From the NCBI RefSeq assembly GCF_000039765.1, contig NC_004460.2, positions 1,140,001 to 1,172,000 of the forward strand: a DNA stretch of 32,000 nt. The letters are read 5' to 3'. A program made the translations under genes and the position numbers. Below the pieces are notes generated by a model, which was not told the DNA's origin, searched no databases, and saw only the letters and a list, made by a program, of their open reading frames with translations. Source of the DNA: Vibrio vulnificus CMCP6. Its GTDB lineage: Bacteria > Pseudomonadota > Gammaproteobacteria > Enterobacterales > Vibrionaceae. This document shows positions 1 through 9,050 of the stretch, in pieces. The stretch's first letter is position 1. Every line of letters starts with the position of its first letter.

Positions 1-948
1 GCACCTGTGGTTTCTGGCACCACTTTGTACGAACATATTCAACACATGCTGTACACCACGCTACCGGGATTTGTCATTGCGTCTGTGGTGTTCTTTTTCG
101 CAGGTCAAAGCGCGGATATCACCAATATTCATGAGCCAGAAAAAGTGGTTCAAATCATCTCGGGTCTAGACAATCTCTACAACTTCAACATTCTACTTCT
201 GATTCCACCAGTGATGATCTTATGGGGCGCGTTAACTAAGAAGCCCGTTCTGCCATTGATGCTTGGCGCATCGGCTATCGCAATTGGTTTGGGTATGGTG
301 TTTCAAGACTTCACTCTTAACCAAGGCTTCCAAGCTTACGTAGACGGCTTCAATCTAGCCATGTTTGAGGCAAACGGTCACAGCGTAAATGGTTTGGTGC
401 CAGATATCGCCAAACTGCTTAACCGCGGCGGTCTGTTCTCGATGATGAGCACGATTCTATTGGTATTCTGTGCCTTTGCCTTCGCTGGCATCCTGAGCCT
501 AACTGGCGCTCTAAACGTAGTGCTAGGCAAATTCCTCCATGCGATTCACACCACAGGTCAGCTGATTGCTTCAACGGTTGTGGCAACCATCACGGTGGTT
601 TTCACCACTTCTGACGGCAAGCTAGCACTGTTGATTCCAGGTGAGTTGTTCCAAAACGCTTACCGCAAAATGGGCTTAGATACCAAAAACCTGTCTCGAA
701 CCATCGAAGACGCCGGCACCATTATTGAGCCATTGGTTCCGTGGACGGCCGCAGGTATCTACATGGCAGGTACGCTAGGTGTGGCGACATTGGATTACCT
801 ACCATGGGCGATTCAATGTTACACCGGCGTGATCTTCGCTTTGATTTATGGCTTCACTGGCTTTGGTATCGCAAAAGCAAAGCCACAGCAAAACCAACAA
901 CAGATTGCTGACGAGCATTCAAATACACCAGCAGTAGAAACAAAATAA
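1..948 (+). CDS. NhaC-family Na+/H+ antiporter-type membrane transporter, C-terminal part (5' end lies outside the window)
   Basis: The frame is open from nt 1; the tracker start at 7 is an internal GTG. The sequence is strongly hydrophobic and multi-helical. The C-terminal block TIIEPLVPWTAAGIYMAGTLGVATLDYLPWA resembles NhaC-family proteins as I remember them. No search was run. Confidence 0.7.
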   Translation, partial: APVVSGTTLYEHIQHMLYTTLPGFVIASVVFFFAGQSADITNIHEPEKVVQIISGLDNLYNFNILLLIPPVMILWGALTKKPVLPLMLGASAIAIGLGMVFQDFTLNQGFQAYVDGFNLAMFEANGHSVNGLVPDIAKLLNRGGLFSMMSTILLVFCAFAFAGILSLTGALNVVLGKFLHAIHTTGQLIASTVVATITVVFTTSDGKLALLIPGELFQNAYRKMGLDTKNLSRTIEDAGTIIEPLVPWTAAGIYMAGTLGVATLDYLPWAIQCYTGVIFALIYGFTGFGIAKAKPQQNQQQIADEHSNTPAVETK

Positions 949-960
949 GGTAAATCATTG

Positions 961-2127
961 ATGAACGCTTTCGACCAAATTCTGAACCGCAAGGAAAGTG
1001 GCTCTTTAAAGTGGGACTTTATACAACAAAAGCTGGGATTGACTGGGACGGATTTACTTCCGATGTGGGTATCCGATTACGATTTTAAAGCGCCGCAAGT
1101 GGTGTTAGACGCACTACAACAGCGAGTTGAGCATGGGATCTTTGGTTACGCGGAACGCGATGATGCGTACTACCAAGCGACTATCGACTGGTATCGAAAT
1201 CAGCATGATACCTGTGTTGAGCGTGAGTGGATCACCACAGTACATGGCGTACTTCCTGGGCTCGCAATGGCATTGCAAATGCTCACCGAAACAGGCGATG
1301 GCATTGTGATGCAAAGTCCGGGTTACGGTTCTTTCCGTAAGATCATTGAATTCAACGATCGCGTTGTGGTTGAGAACCCACTGACGGAAACCGAAGGCGA
1401 CTATCAACTCGACTTTGATCATCTCGAAACCTGCTTTGCTAATGGCGCAAAAGCAATGATCTTCTGCAATCCACATAACCCAACGGGGCGAGTTTGGTCT
1501 GAAAGCGAAATCACAAAGGTTGCCGAACTGTGTGAGCAATACCAAGTCTGGCTGCTGAGTGATGAAATATGGGGCGATTTGGTGGTTGGCGATGCGCCAT
1601 ACTACTCTGCTTTGCGTCTACCACAAGCGCTCACTCAACGCCTGATTGTGGCAACGGCAGCCAGTAAGACGTTTGGTTTGTCGTCACTGCGAATCTCTAA
1701 CTTTATGATTCCAGATGAATCACTTCGAGCGCAGTTTACTCGCAGGCTAGATGCGCATGGCATGGACGTGTTCAACAGTCTCTCAATGAGTGCCGCGACA
1801 ATTGCTTATCAAGAGTGCTCTGATTGGTTAGTGGACTTAAAAGACTACCTGCGCGCTAACATCGCCAAACTTGAGCGGTTTGTACAAACGGAACTGCCAG
1901 AGGTGAAGTTTGTTGCGCCACAAGCCGGCTATTTGGCTTGGTTAGACTGTCGTGTACTTAACTTAACTGACACTGAGATAGAACAAAAGTTTGTCTCAGC
2001 GGGGCTTGTCCCAAGCATGGGCATTGCTTTTGGTAAAGAGGGAGCGGGGTTTGTTCGACTTAATCTAGGCTGCCCAGTAGGTACATTAGATCAAGCCTTG
2101 ATACGAATTAAACAAGCGCTAAGCTAG
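961..2127 (+). CDS. PLP-dependent class I/II aminotransferase-fold C-S lyase (MalY/PatB-type cystathionine beta-lyase)
   Basis: About 388 aa. The start is ATG at 961; 958 is TTG. It has the N-terminal NRKESGSLKW motif and a PLP-lysine block TAASKTFGLSS typical of MalY/PatB. It starts 12 nt after the upstream transporter stop, so the two are probably co-transcribed. Confidence 0.8.
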   Translation: MNAFDQILNRKESGSLKWDFIQQKLGLTGTDLLPMWVSDYDFKAPQVVLDALQQRVEHGIFGYAERDDAYYQATIDWYRNQHDTCVEREWITTVHGVLPGLAMALQMLTETGDGIVMQSPGYGSFRKIIEFNDRVVVENPLTETEGDYQLDFDHLETCFANGAKAMIFCNPHNPTGRVWSESEITKVAELCEQYQVWLLSDEIWGDLVVGDAPYYSALRLPQALTQRLIVATAASKTFGLSSLRISNFMIPDESLRAQFTRRLDAHGMDVFNSLSMSAATIAYQECSDWLVDLKDYLRANIAKLERFVQTELPEVKFVAPQAGYLAWLDCRVLNLTDTEIEQKFVSAGLVPSMGIAFGKEGAGFVRLNLGCPVGTLDQALIRIKQALS

Positions 2128-2145
2128 TCGTACCAACGATAAATG

Positions 2146-2186
2146 AAAAAGCCACGCTTCTCGCATTGAGGCGTGGCTTTTTGTTT
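2146..2186. terminator. Bidirectional rho-independent terminator between convergent genes
   Basis: AAAAAGCCACGC (2146-2157) pairs with GCGTGGCTTTTT (2171-2182) around a 13-nt loop. A-run and T-run flanks allow it to work on both strands. Confidence 0.75.
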
Positions 2187-2202
2187 ATTGGGTTCTTTTT
2201 GT

Positions 2203-3441
2203 TTACTTACTTTTAGGCGCTGGGCGCTTCGCCTTACTTTGAAACTGCTTAACGCTCTTTTTATTTTGCGTACGGCGATTGGCTTTTTTGTCGCGTGGCG
2301 CGCGTTTGCTCTCGCCTGTCGACGGTTTGTCTGTAACTGGAAACCCTTCCAAATCTTGCACAGGCAACTCACGTTGAGTGAGGTGGCGAATCGCGCTGAG
2401 TGCGTCCATTTCGCCGTGGCAAACCAATGACAACGCCACGCCTTGCTCACCTGCTCGGGCGGTGCGCCCTACTCGGTGAACATAAGTTTCTGCATGCATC
2501 GGCAGTTCGAAGTTGATCACCACGGGCAGTTGTTCAATGTGAATGCCGCGTGCTAATAAATCGGTCGCAATCAGCACCTGAGTTTGCCCAGATTTAAACT
2601 GCGCCAATGCTGCTTCTCGCTCTGCTTGGCTCTTGTCACCGTGCAATGCATTGGTTGAGATGCCCGCTTTATTCAGCTTCTTCGCCAAACCATCGGCGTT
2701 CTCTTTCGCGCCAATAAAGACTAACGCCTGAGTCCACGCGTTTTTTTGAATCAGTTCAATCAATGCCTTGGTTTTACTGCCTTTGTTGACGAGGTACAGC
2801 GTTTCAGCAATATCTTGGTTGGTGCTGTTTTCTTGATGCGCAGCCACCTGCTTTGGTGCCTGCATAAGCAGCTTCGCTTTACCCTTCAACTCATCTGAAA
2901 AGGTTGCCGAGAACATTGCGGTTTGACGCTGATTTGAAATCTGCCCTGCAATATTTTGTACGTCAGGCCAAAAGCCCATATTCAGCAAACGATCCGCCTC
3001 ATCCAATACTAGGTAATGGATATTGCTTAGGTCCAAACCGTTGTTTGCCAGATCAACCAAACGGCCGGTTGTGGCAACAAGAATGTGAGGATTTGTCGCT
3101 AGTGCTTGCAGTTGCTGCTCTTTATCCACACCACCGCACAAACACACCGCGTTAAGGCCAAGCGCTTGACCAACTTGGTTAATTGCCTCGCTCACTTGCG
3201 TTGCTAGCTCGCGTATTGGTACCAAAATCAGCGCTTTTTGCTCTGGATTGACACCTAGCTTTTCCAACAAAGGCAAACCATACGCAAGGGTTTTGCCGCT
3301 GCCCGTATTTGCCAAAGCCAGTAGATCTTGACCAGCCAACAGCTCAGGAATGGCCAACGCTTGAATATCGGTCGGTTTCTTGAAGTCTTTTGGCAGTGCG
3401 TGAATCAGCTCAGAACTCAATGAGAGAGTAGAAAATGGCAT
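2203..3441 (-). CDS. DEAD-box ATP-dependent RNA helicase (RhlE-like, basic C-terminal tail)
   Basis: Motifs present: Walker A ANTGSGKTLAY, VLDEADRLL (DEAD), SAT, HRVGRTARAG, and a Lys/Arg-rich tail. I prefer the ATG at 3441 (MPFSTLSL...), which is preceded by AAGG, over the tracker start at 3483. Confidence 0.92.
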   Translation of the reverse strand: MPFSTLSLSSELIHALPKDFKKPTDIQALAIPELLAGQDLLALANTGSGKTLAYGLPLLEKLGVNPEQKALILVPIRELATQVSEAINQVGQALGLNAVCLCGGVDKEQQLQALATNPHILVATTGRLVDLANNGLDLSNIHYLVLDEADRLLNMGFWPDVQNIAGQISNQRQTAMFSATFSDELKGKAKLLMQAPKQVAAHQENSTNQDIAETLYLVNKGSKTKALIELIQKNAWTQALVFIGAKENADGLAKKLNKAGISTNALHGDKSQAEREAALAQFKSGQTQVLIATDLLARGIHIEQLPVVINFELPMHAETYVHRVGRTARAGEQGVALSLVCHGEMDALSAIRHLTQRELPVQDLEGFPVTDKPSTGESKRAPRDKKANRRTQNKKSVKQFQSKAKRPAPKSK

Positions 3442-3584
3442 TAGCTTAACCTTGTGCTTTTGGTTGAAGAGGCAGTAAAACAATATAGATGAAGTAAATC
3501 GCAGGCGCGGACTTTACCACAATCTAGAGGACGAACCATCCCATTTTAGAAGTTCAAACCAAGCGTAGTCTGAGAATCGTGCGG

Positions 3585-3622
3585 CAAAAACAAGAAAGCG
3601 CAGAGCCGAAACCCTGCGCTTT
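3585..3622 (-). terminator. Rho-independent terminator downstream of uxuA
   Basis: AAAGCGCAG (3595-3603) pairs with CTGCGCTTT (3614-3622). On the minus strand the stem is followed by CTTGTTTTTGCC. Confidence 0.6.
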
Positions 3623-3648
3623 TAAAAATGGTTTTACATTGTAAATCG

Positions 3649-4836
3649 TTACTTAGTGTAGAACGCGCGTTTTAGTGCCATCTCTAAACCGCGAACTTCA
3701 GCCAAACCTTTCAAGCGACCAATAGCGGAGTAGCCTGGGTTGGTTTTCTTCTTCAAGTCATCCAACATTTGGTGGCCGTGATCCGGGCGCATTGGAATCA
3801 AACGATGGTCGCCCACTTCTGCGCGGCGCTGTTCTTCATCCAGAATCGCCATCACCACGTTGTACATATCCACATCGCCATCCAGGTGCGCCGCTTCGTG
3901 GAACGTCATCGGGTTGCTTTCTTCACGCTTGGTGGAACGCAAGTGGGTGAAGTAAATGCGCTCGCCGTGCTTTTTGATCATCTTTACTAGGTCATTGTCA
4001 CCACGCACACCGTAAGAGCCGGTACACATGGTCAAACCGTTCATTTTGCTTGGCACTTTTTCGGTCAACCAATCGATGTCTTCGATGGTTGAAACGATAC
4101 GCGGCAAGCCAAGAATTGGGCGCGGTGGATCGTCTGGGTGCACCGCGAGTTTCAAGCCGTGCGCCTCACACACAGGCATCAGTTGCGACAAGAAATACGC
4201 CATATGCTCACGCAGTTTGTCTTTGCTAATGCCCGCGTAGCGGTCGAGTTGCGCTTGGAACTCTTCCAAGGTGTAGCCTTCTTCTGCGCCCGGCAAGCCT
4301 GCAATAATGTTGCTGGTGAGCTGCTGGATTTGCGCTTCAGACATGTTGTTGAAGTATTCCAATGCCTGCGCTTGTTCCGCTTCGGTGTAATCCGCTTCCG
4401 CGCCCGGACGCTTAAGAATGTGCAGCTCAAATGCCGCAAAGGCGATTTGGTCAAAACGCAGCGCTTTAGAGCCATCAGGCATTTCAAATTCTAAGTCGGT
4501 GCGCGTCCAGTCAAGCACCGGCATAAAGTTGTAGCAAACGGTGTCGATACCACACTCTGCAAGGTTACGCAGGGTTTGCTTGTAGTTGTCGATCCATTGT
4601 TGGAAGTTGCCCGTCTGAGTTTTGATTTCTTCGTGAACTGGCACACTTTCAACCACTGACCACGTTAAGCCCTTCGCTTCGATGATGGCTTTACGTTTTA
4701 AAATCTCTTCTTTTGACCACACTTCCCCATTTGGGATGTGGTGCAAGGCATTCACAATGCCTGTTGCGCCCGCTTGACGAATATCGTCTAGCGAAACCGG
4801 ATCATTCGGGCCGTACCAACGCCAAGTTTGTTCCAT
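3649..4836 (-). CDS. uxuA: Mannonate dehydratase
   Basis: The N-terminus [40 protein letters not shown] is nearly identical to E. coli UxuA as I recall it. The ATG at 4836 has an AGGTGA Shine-Dalgarno 7 nt upstream. The tracker start at 4845 is a GTG inside that SD region. Confidence 0.95.
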   Translation of the reverse strand: MEQTWRWYGPNDPVSLDDIRQAGATGIVNALHHIPNGEVWSKEEILKRKAIIEAKGLTWSVVESVPVHEEIKTQTGNFQQWIDNYKQTLRNLAECGIDTVCYNFMPVLDWTRTDLEFEMPDGSKALRFDQIAFAAFELHILKRPGAEADYTEAEQAQALEYFNNMSEAQIQQLTSNIIAGLPGAEEGYTLEEFQAQLDRYAGISKDKLREHMAYFLSQLMPVCEAHGLKLAVHPDDPPRPILGLPRIVSTIEDIDWLTEKVPSKMNGLTMCTGSYGVRGDNDLVKMIKKHGERIYFTHLRSTKREESNPMTFHEAAHLDGDVDMYNVVMAILDEEQRRAEVGDHRLIPMRPDHGHQMLDDLKKKTNPGYSAIGRLKGLAEVRGLEMALKRAFYTK

Positions 4837-4910
4837 GACACTCACCTTTTTTAAGACGCACTTAGCCCGCTCAAATTCTTCAAGCTAAATGCACAACGAC
4901 TTCTTAATAT

Positions 4911-4932
4911 GCAGCCGCGGCAAGGCGGCTGC
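4911..4932 (-). other. GC-rich intercistronic hairpin between the regulator gene and uxuA (no U-tract)
   Basis: GCAGCCGC (4911-4918) pairs with GCGGCTGC (4925-4932) around a 6-nt loop. No T-run follows on either strand, so this is not a canonical terminator. Confidence 0.4.
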
Positions 4933-4965
4933 GCTGACGAGAACCAGCCGAAGCTGGCAAGGTGG

Positions 4966-5757
4966 TTACACTTTTTCTGCGCTCAGTAACACCACAGGGT
5001 TTGAGCTGAAAAGGTAACCATCGAAATTAGGATCGTCGACGTCAGACAGTTCCAACAGGCGCTGTTTTACGTTTTCAAGGTGCTGCCACATGGCATTTTT
5101 GGCGGCGATAGGATCTTTGCGCTGTAATGCCGCTAAGATTTTTGCGTGATCATCAAGCCACTCTTCACGATAGTCTTGACTGCTGATGTGAGAATGCAGT
5201 TTTTTCCACATCGGGCTTTTTTCGCGTCGTTCCCATGATTGTCTCAACATGTCCACCAGCACAGAGTTTTGTGTGGCCTCTGCAATGCACATGTGAAACT
5301 TCTCATCACCGTTACAATCTTCCGTGCCACTGGCCAGCTCATCTCGTTCGAGCTTAAGTGCGGCACGCATTTTCACGATGTCTCCCGGCGTCACTTGCGT
5401 GGCAGCAAATTCGGCGATATTGCTTTCGAGCAACTGACGCGCTTGGAGCATTTCGAACGGACCTGCGTCATCGCTGATCACGTTCTCACGAGCGTTATTT
5501 TTAGAAGGAATATTAATGACGTAAACACCAGAACCTTTTTTCACTTCGACTAAGTTTTCCAGTTCCAACATGATGATCGCTTCACGCACCACGGTACGGC
5601 TAACGTCTAAACGTTCAGCAATATCGCGTTCTGGCGGTAATCGATCCCCCACTTTATAGTGGCCGTTGATCAACTCTTTTCTCAGTACTAAGCCTATCTC
5701 TTGATACGGTCTTTTCGGTTCAAAAGGCATCATGATGATATTGTCACTATATTCCAT
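4966..5757 (-). CDS. uxuR: GntR-family (FadR/FCD subfamily) transcriptional repressor of hexuronate genes, UxuR/ExuR-like
   Basis: The block RPYQEIG...GDRLPPERDIAERLDVSRTVVREAIIMLELENLVEVKKGSGVYV closely matches E. coli UxuR/ExuR wHTH domains as recalled. It sits inside a uxu/uxa cluster. UxuR versus ExuR cannot be resolved by eye. Confidence 0.85.
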   Translation of the reverse strand: MEYSDNIIMMPFEPKRPYQEIGLVLRKELINGHYKVGDRLPPERDIAERLDVSRTVVREAIIMLELENLVEVKKGSGVYVINIPSKNNARENVISDDAGPFEMLQARQLLESNIAEFAATQVTPGDIVKMRAALKLERDELASGTEDCNGDEKFHMCIAEATQNSVLVDMLRQSWERREKSPMWKKLHSHISSQDYREEWLDDHAKILAALQRKDPIAAKNAMWQHLENVKQRLLELSDVDDPNFDGYLFSSNPVVLLSAEKV

Positions 5758-5780
5758 CTAACTACTCACGCCATCATAAC

Positions 5781-5805
5781 GACCAATTATAATTGGTCAA
5801 CCTAT
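5781..5805. promoter_or_regulatory. Candidate UxuR/ExuR operator in the regulator promoter/leader
   Basis: There is a perfect 18-bp palindrome GACCAATTATAATTGGTC (5781-5798). It overlaps ATTGGTCAACCTAT (5792-5805), which matches the ATTGGT-nn-ACCAAT boxes at 7004 and 7119 at 13 of 14 positions. The element lies 24-48 nt upstream of the regulator ATG. Confidence 0.5.
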
Positions 5806-5864
5806 ATGTACCAGAATGTGGTAACACCTTGTTTTTATTTTACAATTACGACGATTTTTTTTAA

Positions 5865-6848
5865 TTACTGTACTGCTTTGATTCGCTCAACAAGTTGATT
5901 TAATTGAGGATTGTTCTTTTCAATCTCTTGATACATTGGTTGAACAGCTTCCACAAAGGCTGCTTTATTGGGTTCAACAAATGTCACGCCCATTTTTTCT
6001 GCTTTCGCGCGCTCTTTGGCTTCCGATTCTGCCCACAATTTCTTCATATATTCTGAAGAATCTGCGGCGGCTTTCATCAACGCTTGTTGCTGCTCAGGCG
6101 TCAGCTTGTCGTAAGTTTTGGTCGAGATAACCAGCACATCCGGCACCATGGTGTGCTCATCCAAGCTGAAGAATTTTGAGACTTCGCTGTGACGGCTCAA
6201 GCTGAACGATGGGATGTTGTTTTCCGCAGCATCCACCACGCCTTGCTGTAGTGCGGTGTATAGCTCACCGTAGGCCAGTGGTGTGGGGTTACCGCCCAGG
6301 GCTTTCACCATCGCAATCGCGGATGGGCTTGGCTGCACGCGTACTTTCAAACCTTTGAGATCCGCAGGAGTGTTAACCGGCTTGCTGGTGTAGAAGCTAC
6401 GTGCACCCGCATCGTAGTAGGTCACGCCAATAAAGCCACTTTGGGCAGAAGAGTTAAGAATCTCACGGCCAACTTCACCATCGGTCACTTTGTAGTAATG
6501 CTCTTTATCACGGAACAAGTACGGTAAGTTAAAGGCTGAGTAAGCAGGCGAGAACGCTTCCAGTTCTGCCGCGTTGCTCTTCACCATATCCAGAGCGCCG
6601 TTTTGCATCAGCTCCATCGATTCACGTTGTGTGCCTAGCTGAGCATCAGGATAAATACGAATGCGTACTTCCCCACCCGTTAACTCACGTACTTCTTTTG
6701 CCATGTAATCCATTGCTTTGTGCACCGCGTGGTCACGTGGGTGGTTGTGACTGAGTTTCAAAGTGGTCGCAGCATAAGCAGACGCAGTGGCGCCGAAGGT
6801 CATTGCAGCACCGACAAGGGCACTTATTAGAGTCTTACGCGTCATCAT
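5865..6848 (-). CDS. TRAP transporter substrate-binding protein (DctP family), probable hexuronate-binding
   Basis: DctP-family sequence (TLKLSHNHPRDHAVHKAMDYMAKEV...LGTQRESMELMQNGALDMV). The signal peptide MMTRKTLISALVGAAMTFGATASAYA begins at the ATG at 6848, with GGAG 11 nt upstream. The tracker start at 6878 is TTG. Confidence 0.9.
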   Translation of the reverse strand: MMTRKTLISALVGAAMTFGATASAYAATTLKLSHNHPRDHAVHKAMDYMAKEVRELTGGEVRIRIYPDAQLGTQRESMELMQNGALDMVKSNAAELEAFSPAYSAFNLPYLFRDKEHYYKVTDGEVGREILNSSAQSGFIGVTYYDAGARSFYTSKPVNTPADLKGLKVRVQPSPSAIAMVKALGGNPTPLAYGELYTALQQGVVDAAENNIPSFSLSRHSEVSKFFSLDEHTMVPDVLVISTKTYDKLTPEQQQALMKAAADSSEYMKKLWAESEAKERAKAEKMGVTFVEPNKAAFVEAVQPMYQEIEKNNPQLNQLVERIKAVQ

Positions 6849-7003
6849 TGTTCTTGTCTCCGTGGATTGGTTGTCCAATGTGTAGGGTATTTTTAGTTTT
6901 TAAACGGTATTTCTTGTTTCGAAGCCATTATTGGCGATCAAAAAAGCAACCGTCAAAACAAAAAAGCAAATTGATTGACCAAAATCACACTAATCACCCT
7001 CAA

Positions 7004-7017
7004 ATTGGTTAACCAAT
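7004..7017. promoter_or_regulatory. Candidate UxuR/ExuR operator (perfect palindrome ATTGGTTAACCAAT)
   Basis: This is a perfect 14-bp palindrome in the dctP/dctQ divergent region. It matches the GntR-type TTGGT..ACCAA hexuronate box known from enterobacterial UxuR/ExuR regulons (recalled consensus). A degenerate copy, ATTGATTGACCAAA, lies at 6970-6983. Confidence 0.6.
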
Positions 7018-7022
7018 CTATT

Positions 7023-7038
7023 TGTGAAGCCGCTCACG
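7023..7038. promoter_or_regulatory. CRP-like site TGTGA-N6-TCACG
   Basis: TGTGAAGCCGCTCACG matches the TGTGA-N6-TCACA core at 9 of 10 positions. It lies between the two hexuronate operator boxes. Hexuronate genes are CRP-dependent in E. coli. Confidence 0.4.
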
Positions 7039-7118
7039 TGACAACCAAATCGCCTAACTTATAATCCACTCAGAACAACATGCCTATTTTGAGACCCTAC
7101 ACAAATACGCCCGCCCAC

Positions 7119-7132
7119 ATTGGTAAACCAAT
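7119..7132. promoter_or_regulatory. Candidate UxuR/ExuR operator (ATTGGTAAACCAAT)
   Basis: The inverted half-sites ATTGGT/ACCAAT are perfect, with a 2-nt centre. The site lies about 40 nt upstream of the dctQ start. Confidence 0.6.
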
Positions 7133-7170
7133 TGTTATGCAGTCCGCGTGTTTACTTTAAGGAAATGAAA

Positions 7171-7686
7171 ATGAATAAATTGGTCACGTATATCAACAGG
7201 GGGTTGGCAGCATTTACTGTCTCTCTTTCGACCTTTCTTGTCTTCTGCGTGGTTTGGCAGGTGCTTTCACGCTACGTACTCGGTAAACCAAGCACCGTCA
7301 CGGATGAACTGGCTCGCTATCTCTTTATGTGGGTGGCGCTTATTGGTGCCGCTTACACCACAGGTCTCAAACGTCACCTCGCCATTGACCTTTTGACGAT
7401 GAAACTCAAAGGCAAGAAAAAACTGGTGAATGAAATCGTCATCCAAGTGGCCATTGCGCTCTTCTCTTATGTGGTGTTAGTCCACGGCGGAACACAATTA
7501 GCACTCAAAACATTGGCCACTGGCCAGCTAACCCCGGCATTGGGCTTAGAGATGGGCTACATCTATTTCTGCCTGCCTATCAGTGGCGCACTGATGATCT
7601 TTTATTCCGTGATTTTCGCTTATGAGCGCGTCAAACAATTAATGTCTGGTGAAACCCTAGTCACCGACTCACAACTTGATTCTTAG
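7171..7686 (+). CDS. TRAP transporter small permease (DctQ family)
   Basis: A four-helix hydrophobic protein directly upstream of the DctM gene. I prefer the ATG at 7171 (AAGGA 7 nt upstream); the ATG at 7165 is also possible. The tracker start at 7120 is a TTG inside the operator box. Confidence 0.85.
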   Translation: MNKLVTYINRGLAAFTVSLSTFLVFCVVWQVLSRYVLGKPSTVTDELARYLFMWVALIGAAYTTGLKRHLAIDLLTMKLKGKKKLVNEIVIQVAIALFSYVVLVHGGTQLALKTLATGQLTPALGLEMGYIYFCLPISGALMIFYSVIFAYERVKQLMSGETLVTDSQLDS

Positions 7687-7697
7687 AGGGTTCCACA

Positions 7698-8999
7698 ATG
7701 GAATGGCAATTAATTCTTACCTTATTTGGCAGCTTCGCTGTATTACTGGCAATTGGTGTACCGGTTTCCTTCGCCATTGGTCTTTCTTCACTGGCAACCA
7801 TTTTAATGGGCCTACCATTAGAGCCTGCGATTGCGGTTGTCGCTCAGCGCATGGCGGCGGGTCTTGATAACTTTGCTCTGCTGGCTATCCCGTTCTTTAT
7901 CTTGGCGGGCAACATTATGAACCAAGGTGGTATTGCACTCCGCCTGATTAACTTTGCCAAAGTGTTAGGTGGCCGTCTGCCTGGTTCCCTAGCGCACGTG
8001 AACGTGATGGCGAACATGATGTTTGGCTCAATTTCTGGCTCAGCCGTCGCATCTGCCGCAGCGGTTGGCGGCACTATGTCGCCTTTGCAAAAGAAAGATG
8101 GCTACGATGAAAACTTTTCTGCCGCGGTAAACATCACTTCTTGTCCATCGGGTTTGTTGATCCCGCCAAGTAACACCTTGATCGTGTTCTCGTTAGTCTC
8201 TGGCGGTACCTCTATCGCGGCGCTGTTCCTCGCTGGTTACATTCCGGGCATCTTGATGGGTCTGAGCATCATGGTGGTGGCAGGGATCATCGCCAAACGT
8301 CGTGGTTACCCAATTGCTGCTCGCCCAACGCTAGCGATGGTTTGGGATACATTTCTAAAAGCGGCGCCTTCACTGGCTCTGATTGTGGTCATCATGGGTG
8401 GCATCATCGGCGGTATCTTTACGGCTACCGAAGCCTCTGCCATCGCCGTGGTCTACACCTTTGTTTTGGCGGTGTTGGTGTATCGCGAAGTGAAATGGCG
8501 AGACCTTCCTAAGATCATTTTGGAATCTGCCGTCACCACATCGATTGTTTTGCTGTTGGTTGGCGCTTCTATGGGCATGTCTTGGGCGATGGCAAATGCC
8601 GACATTCCATACATGATTGCCGATGCGCTGCTGGCGATCTCTGACAACCCAATGATGATTCTGCTCATCATCAACATCATCTTGCTGATTGTCGGCATCT
8701 TCATGGATATGACGCCAGCGGTACTGATCTTCACGCCGATCTTCCTGCCAATCGCGCTGGATATGGGCATCGACCCGGTTCACTTCGGCATCATGATGAC
8801 CTTCAACTTGGCGATCGGTATCTGTACTCCACCGGTTGGTAGTGCGTTGTTCATCGGTTGTTCTGTAGCGAACGTTGCCATCGACAAAGTGATCAAGCCG
8901 CTGCTGCCATTCTACGTTGCACTGATTGCGGCACTAATGGCGGTGACCTTTATTCCTGAACTCAGTCTGTTCTTACCAAAACTGGTCCTAGGCTACTAA
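7698..8999 (+). CDS. TRAP transporter large permease (DctM family)
   Basis: A 433-aa polytopic protein with a typical DctM sequence (FAIGLSSLATILMG...FFILAGNIMNQGGIA). AGAGGG SD. It starts 12 nt after the dctQ stop. Confidence 0.92.
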   Translation: MEWQLILTLFGSFAVLLAIGVPVSFAIGLSSLATILMGLPLEPAIAVVAQRMAAGLDNFALLAIPFFILAGNIMNQGGIALRLINFAKVLGGRLPGSLAHVNVMANMMFGSISGSAVASAAAVGGTMSPLQKKDGYDENFSAAVNITSCPSGLLIPPSNTLIVFSLVSGGTSIAALFLAGYIPGILMGLSIMVVAGIIAKRRGYPIAARPTLAMVWDTFLKAAPSLALIVVIMGGIIGGIFTATEASAIAVVYTFVLAVLVYREVKWRDLPKIILESAVTTSIVLLLVGASMGMSWAMANADIPYMIADALLAISDNPMMILLIINIILLIVGIFMDMTPAVLIFTPIFLPIALDMGIDPVHFGIMMTFNLAIGICTPPVGSALFIGCSVANVAIDKVIKPLLPFYVALIAALMAVTFIPELSLFLPKLVLGY

Positions 9000-9016
9000 C
9001 TCTTTCAATGAATCAT

Positions 9017-9036
9017 CCCGCAGAGCACTCTGCGGG
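9017..9036 (+). other. Intercistronic hairpin between dctM and uxuB (no U-tract)
   Basis: CCCGCAG (9017-9023) pairs with CTGCGGG (9030-9036) around a 6-nt loop. It is followed directly by the uxuB SD region GAAGGGAAATAAAATG. Confidence 0.4.
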
Positions 9037-9050
9037 AGAAGGGAAATAAA

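Noticed and set aside
1114-1545. A 143-aa antisense ORF inside the PatB-like gene, and similar ORFs inside uxuA (3769-4494), uxuR (5239-5553), uxaC, kdgK, eda, ulaG and the PL8 gene
   Set aside because: All are nested within confidently assigned genes on the opposite strand or in a shifted frame. None has start signals or a recognisable sequence.
2124-2450. ORFs 2124-2450 (minus strand) and 2173-2430 (plus strand) overlapping the helicase 3' end and the terminator
   Set aside because: They are alternative frames of the Lys/Arg-rich helicase tail and they span the terminator hairpin. The helicase frame is supported by motif continuity.
3442-3584. The long untranslated region upstream of the DEAD-box helicase considered as a possible sRNA or riboswitch
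   Set aside because: I could see no convincing conserved-looking structure, terminator or repeat. Long leaders are usual for DEAD-box helicase genes.
6939-6969. Direct repeat CAAAAAAGCAA x2 spaced 20 bp apart in the dctP/dctQ divergent region
   Set aside because: These are probably phased A-tracts (a curvature or UP-like element) in a promoter region. The repeat is too short and too low in complexity to call a specific site.
7844-8783. Antisense ORFs inside dctM (7844-8074, 8370-8783, 8453-8770), some 105-137 aa
   Set aside because: These are shadow frames of a codon-biased membrane-protein gene. Their translations are low-complexity (His/Arg/Asp/Gln-rich or Ile/Met/Ser-rich). They have no RBS, and they are fully contained in a confidently called gene.
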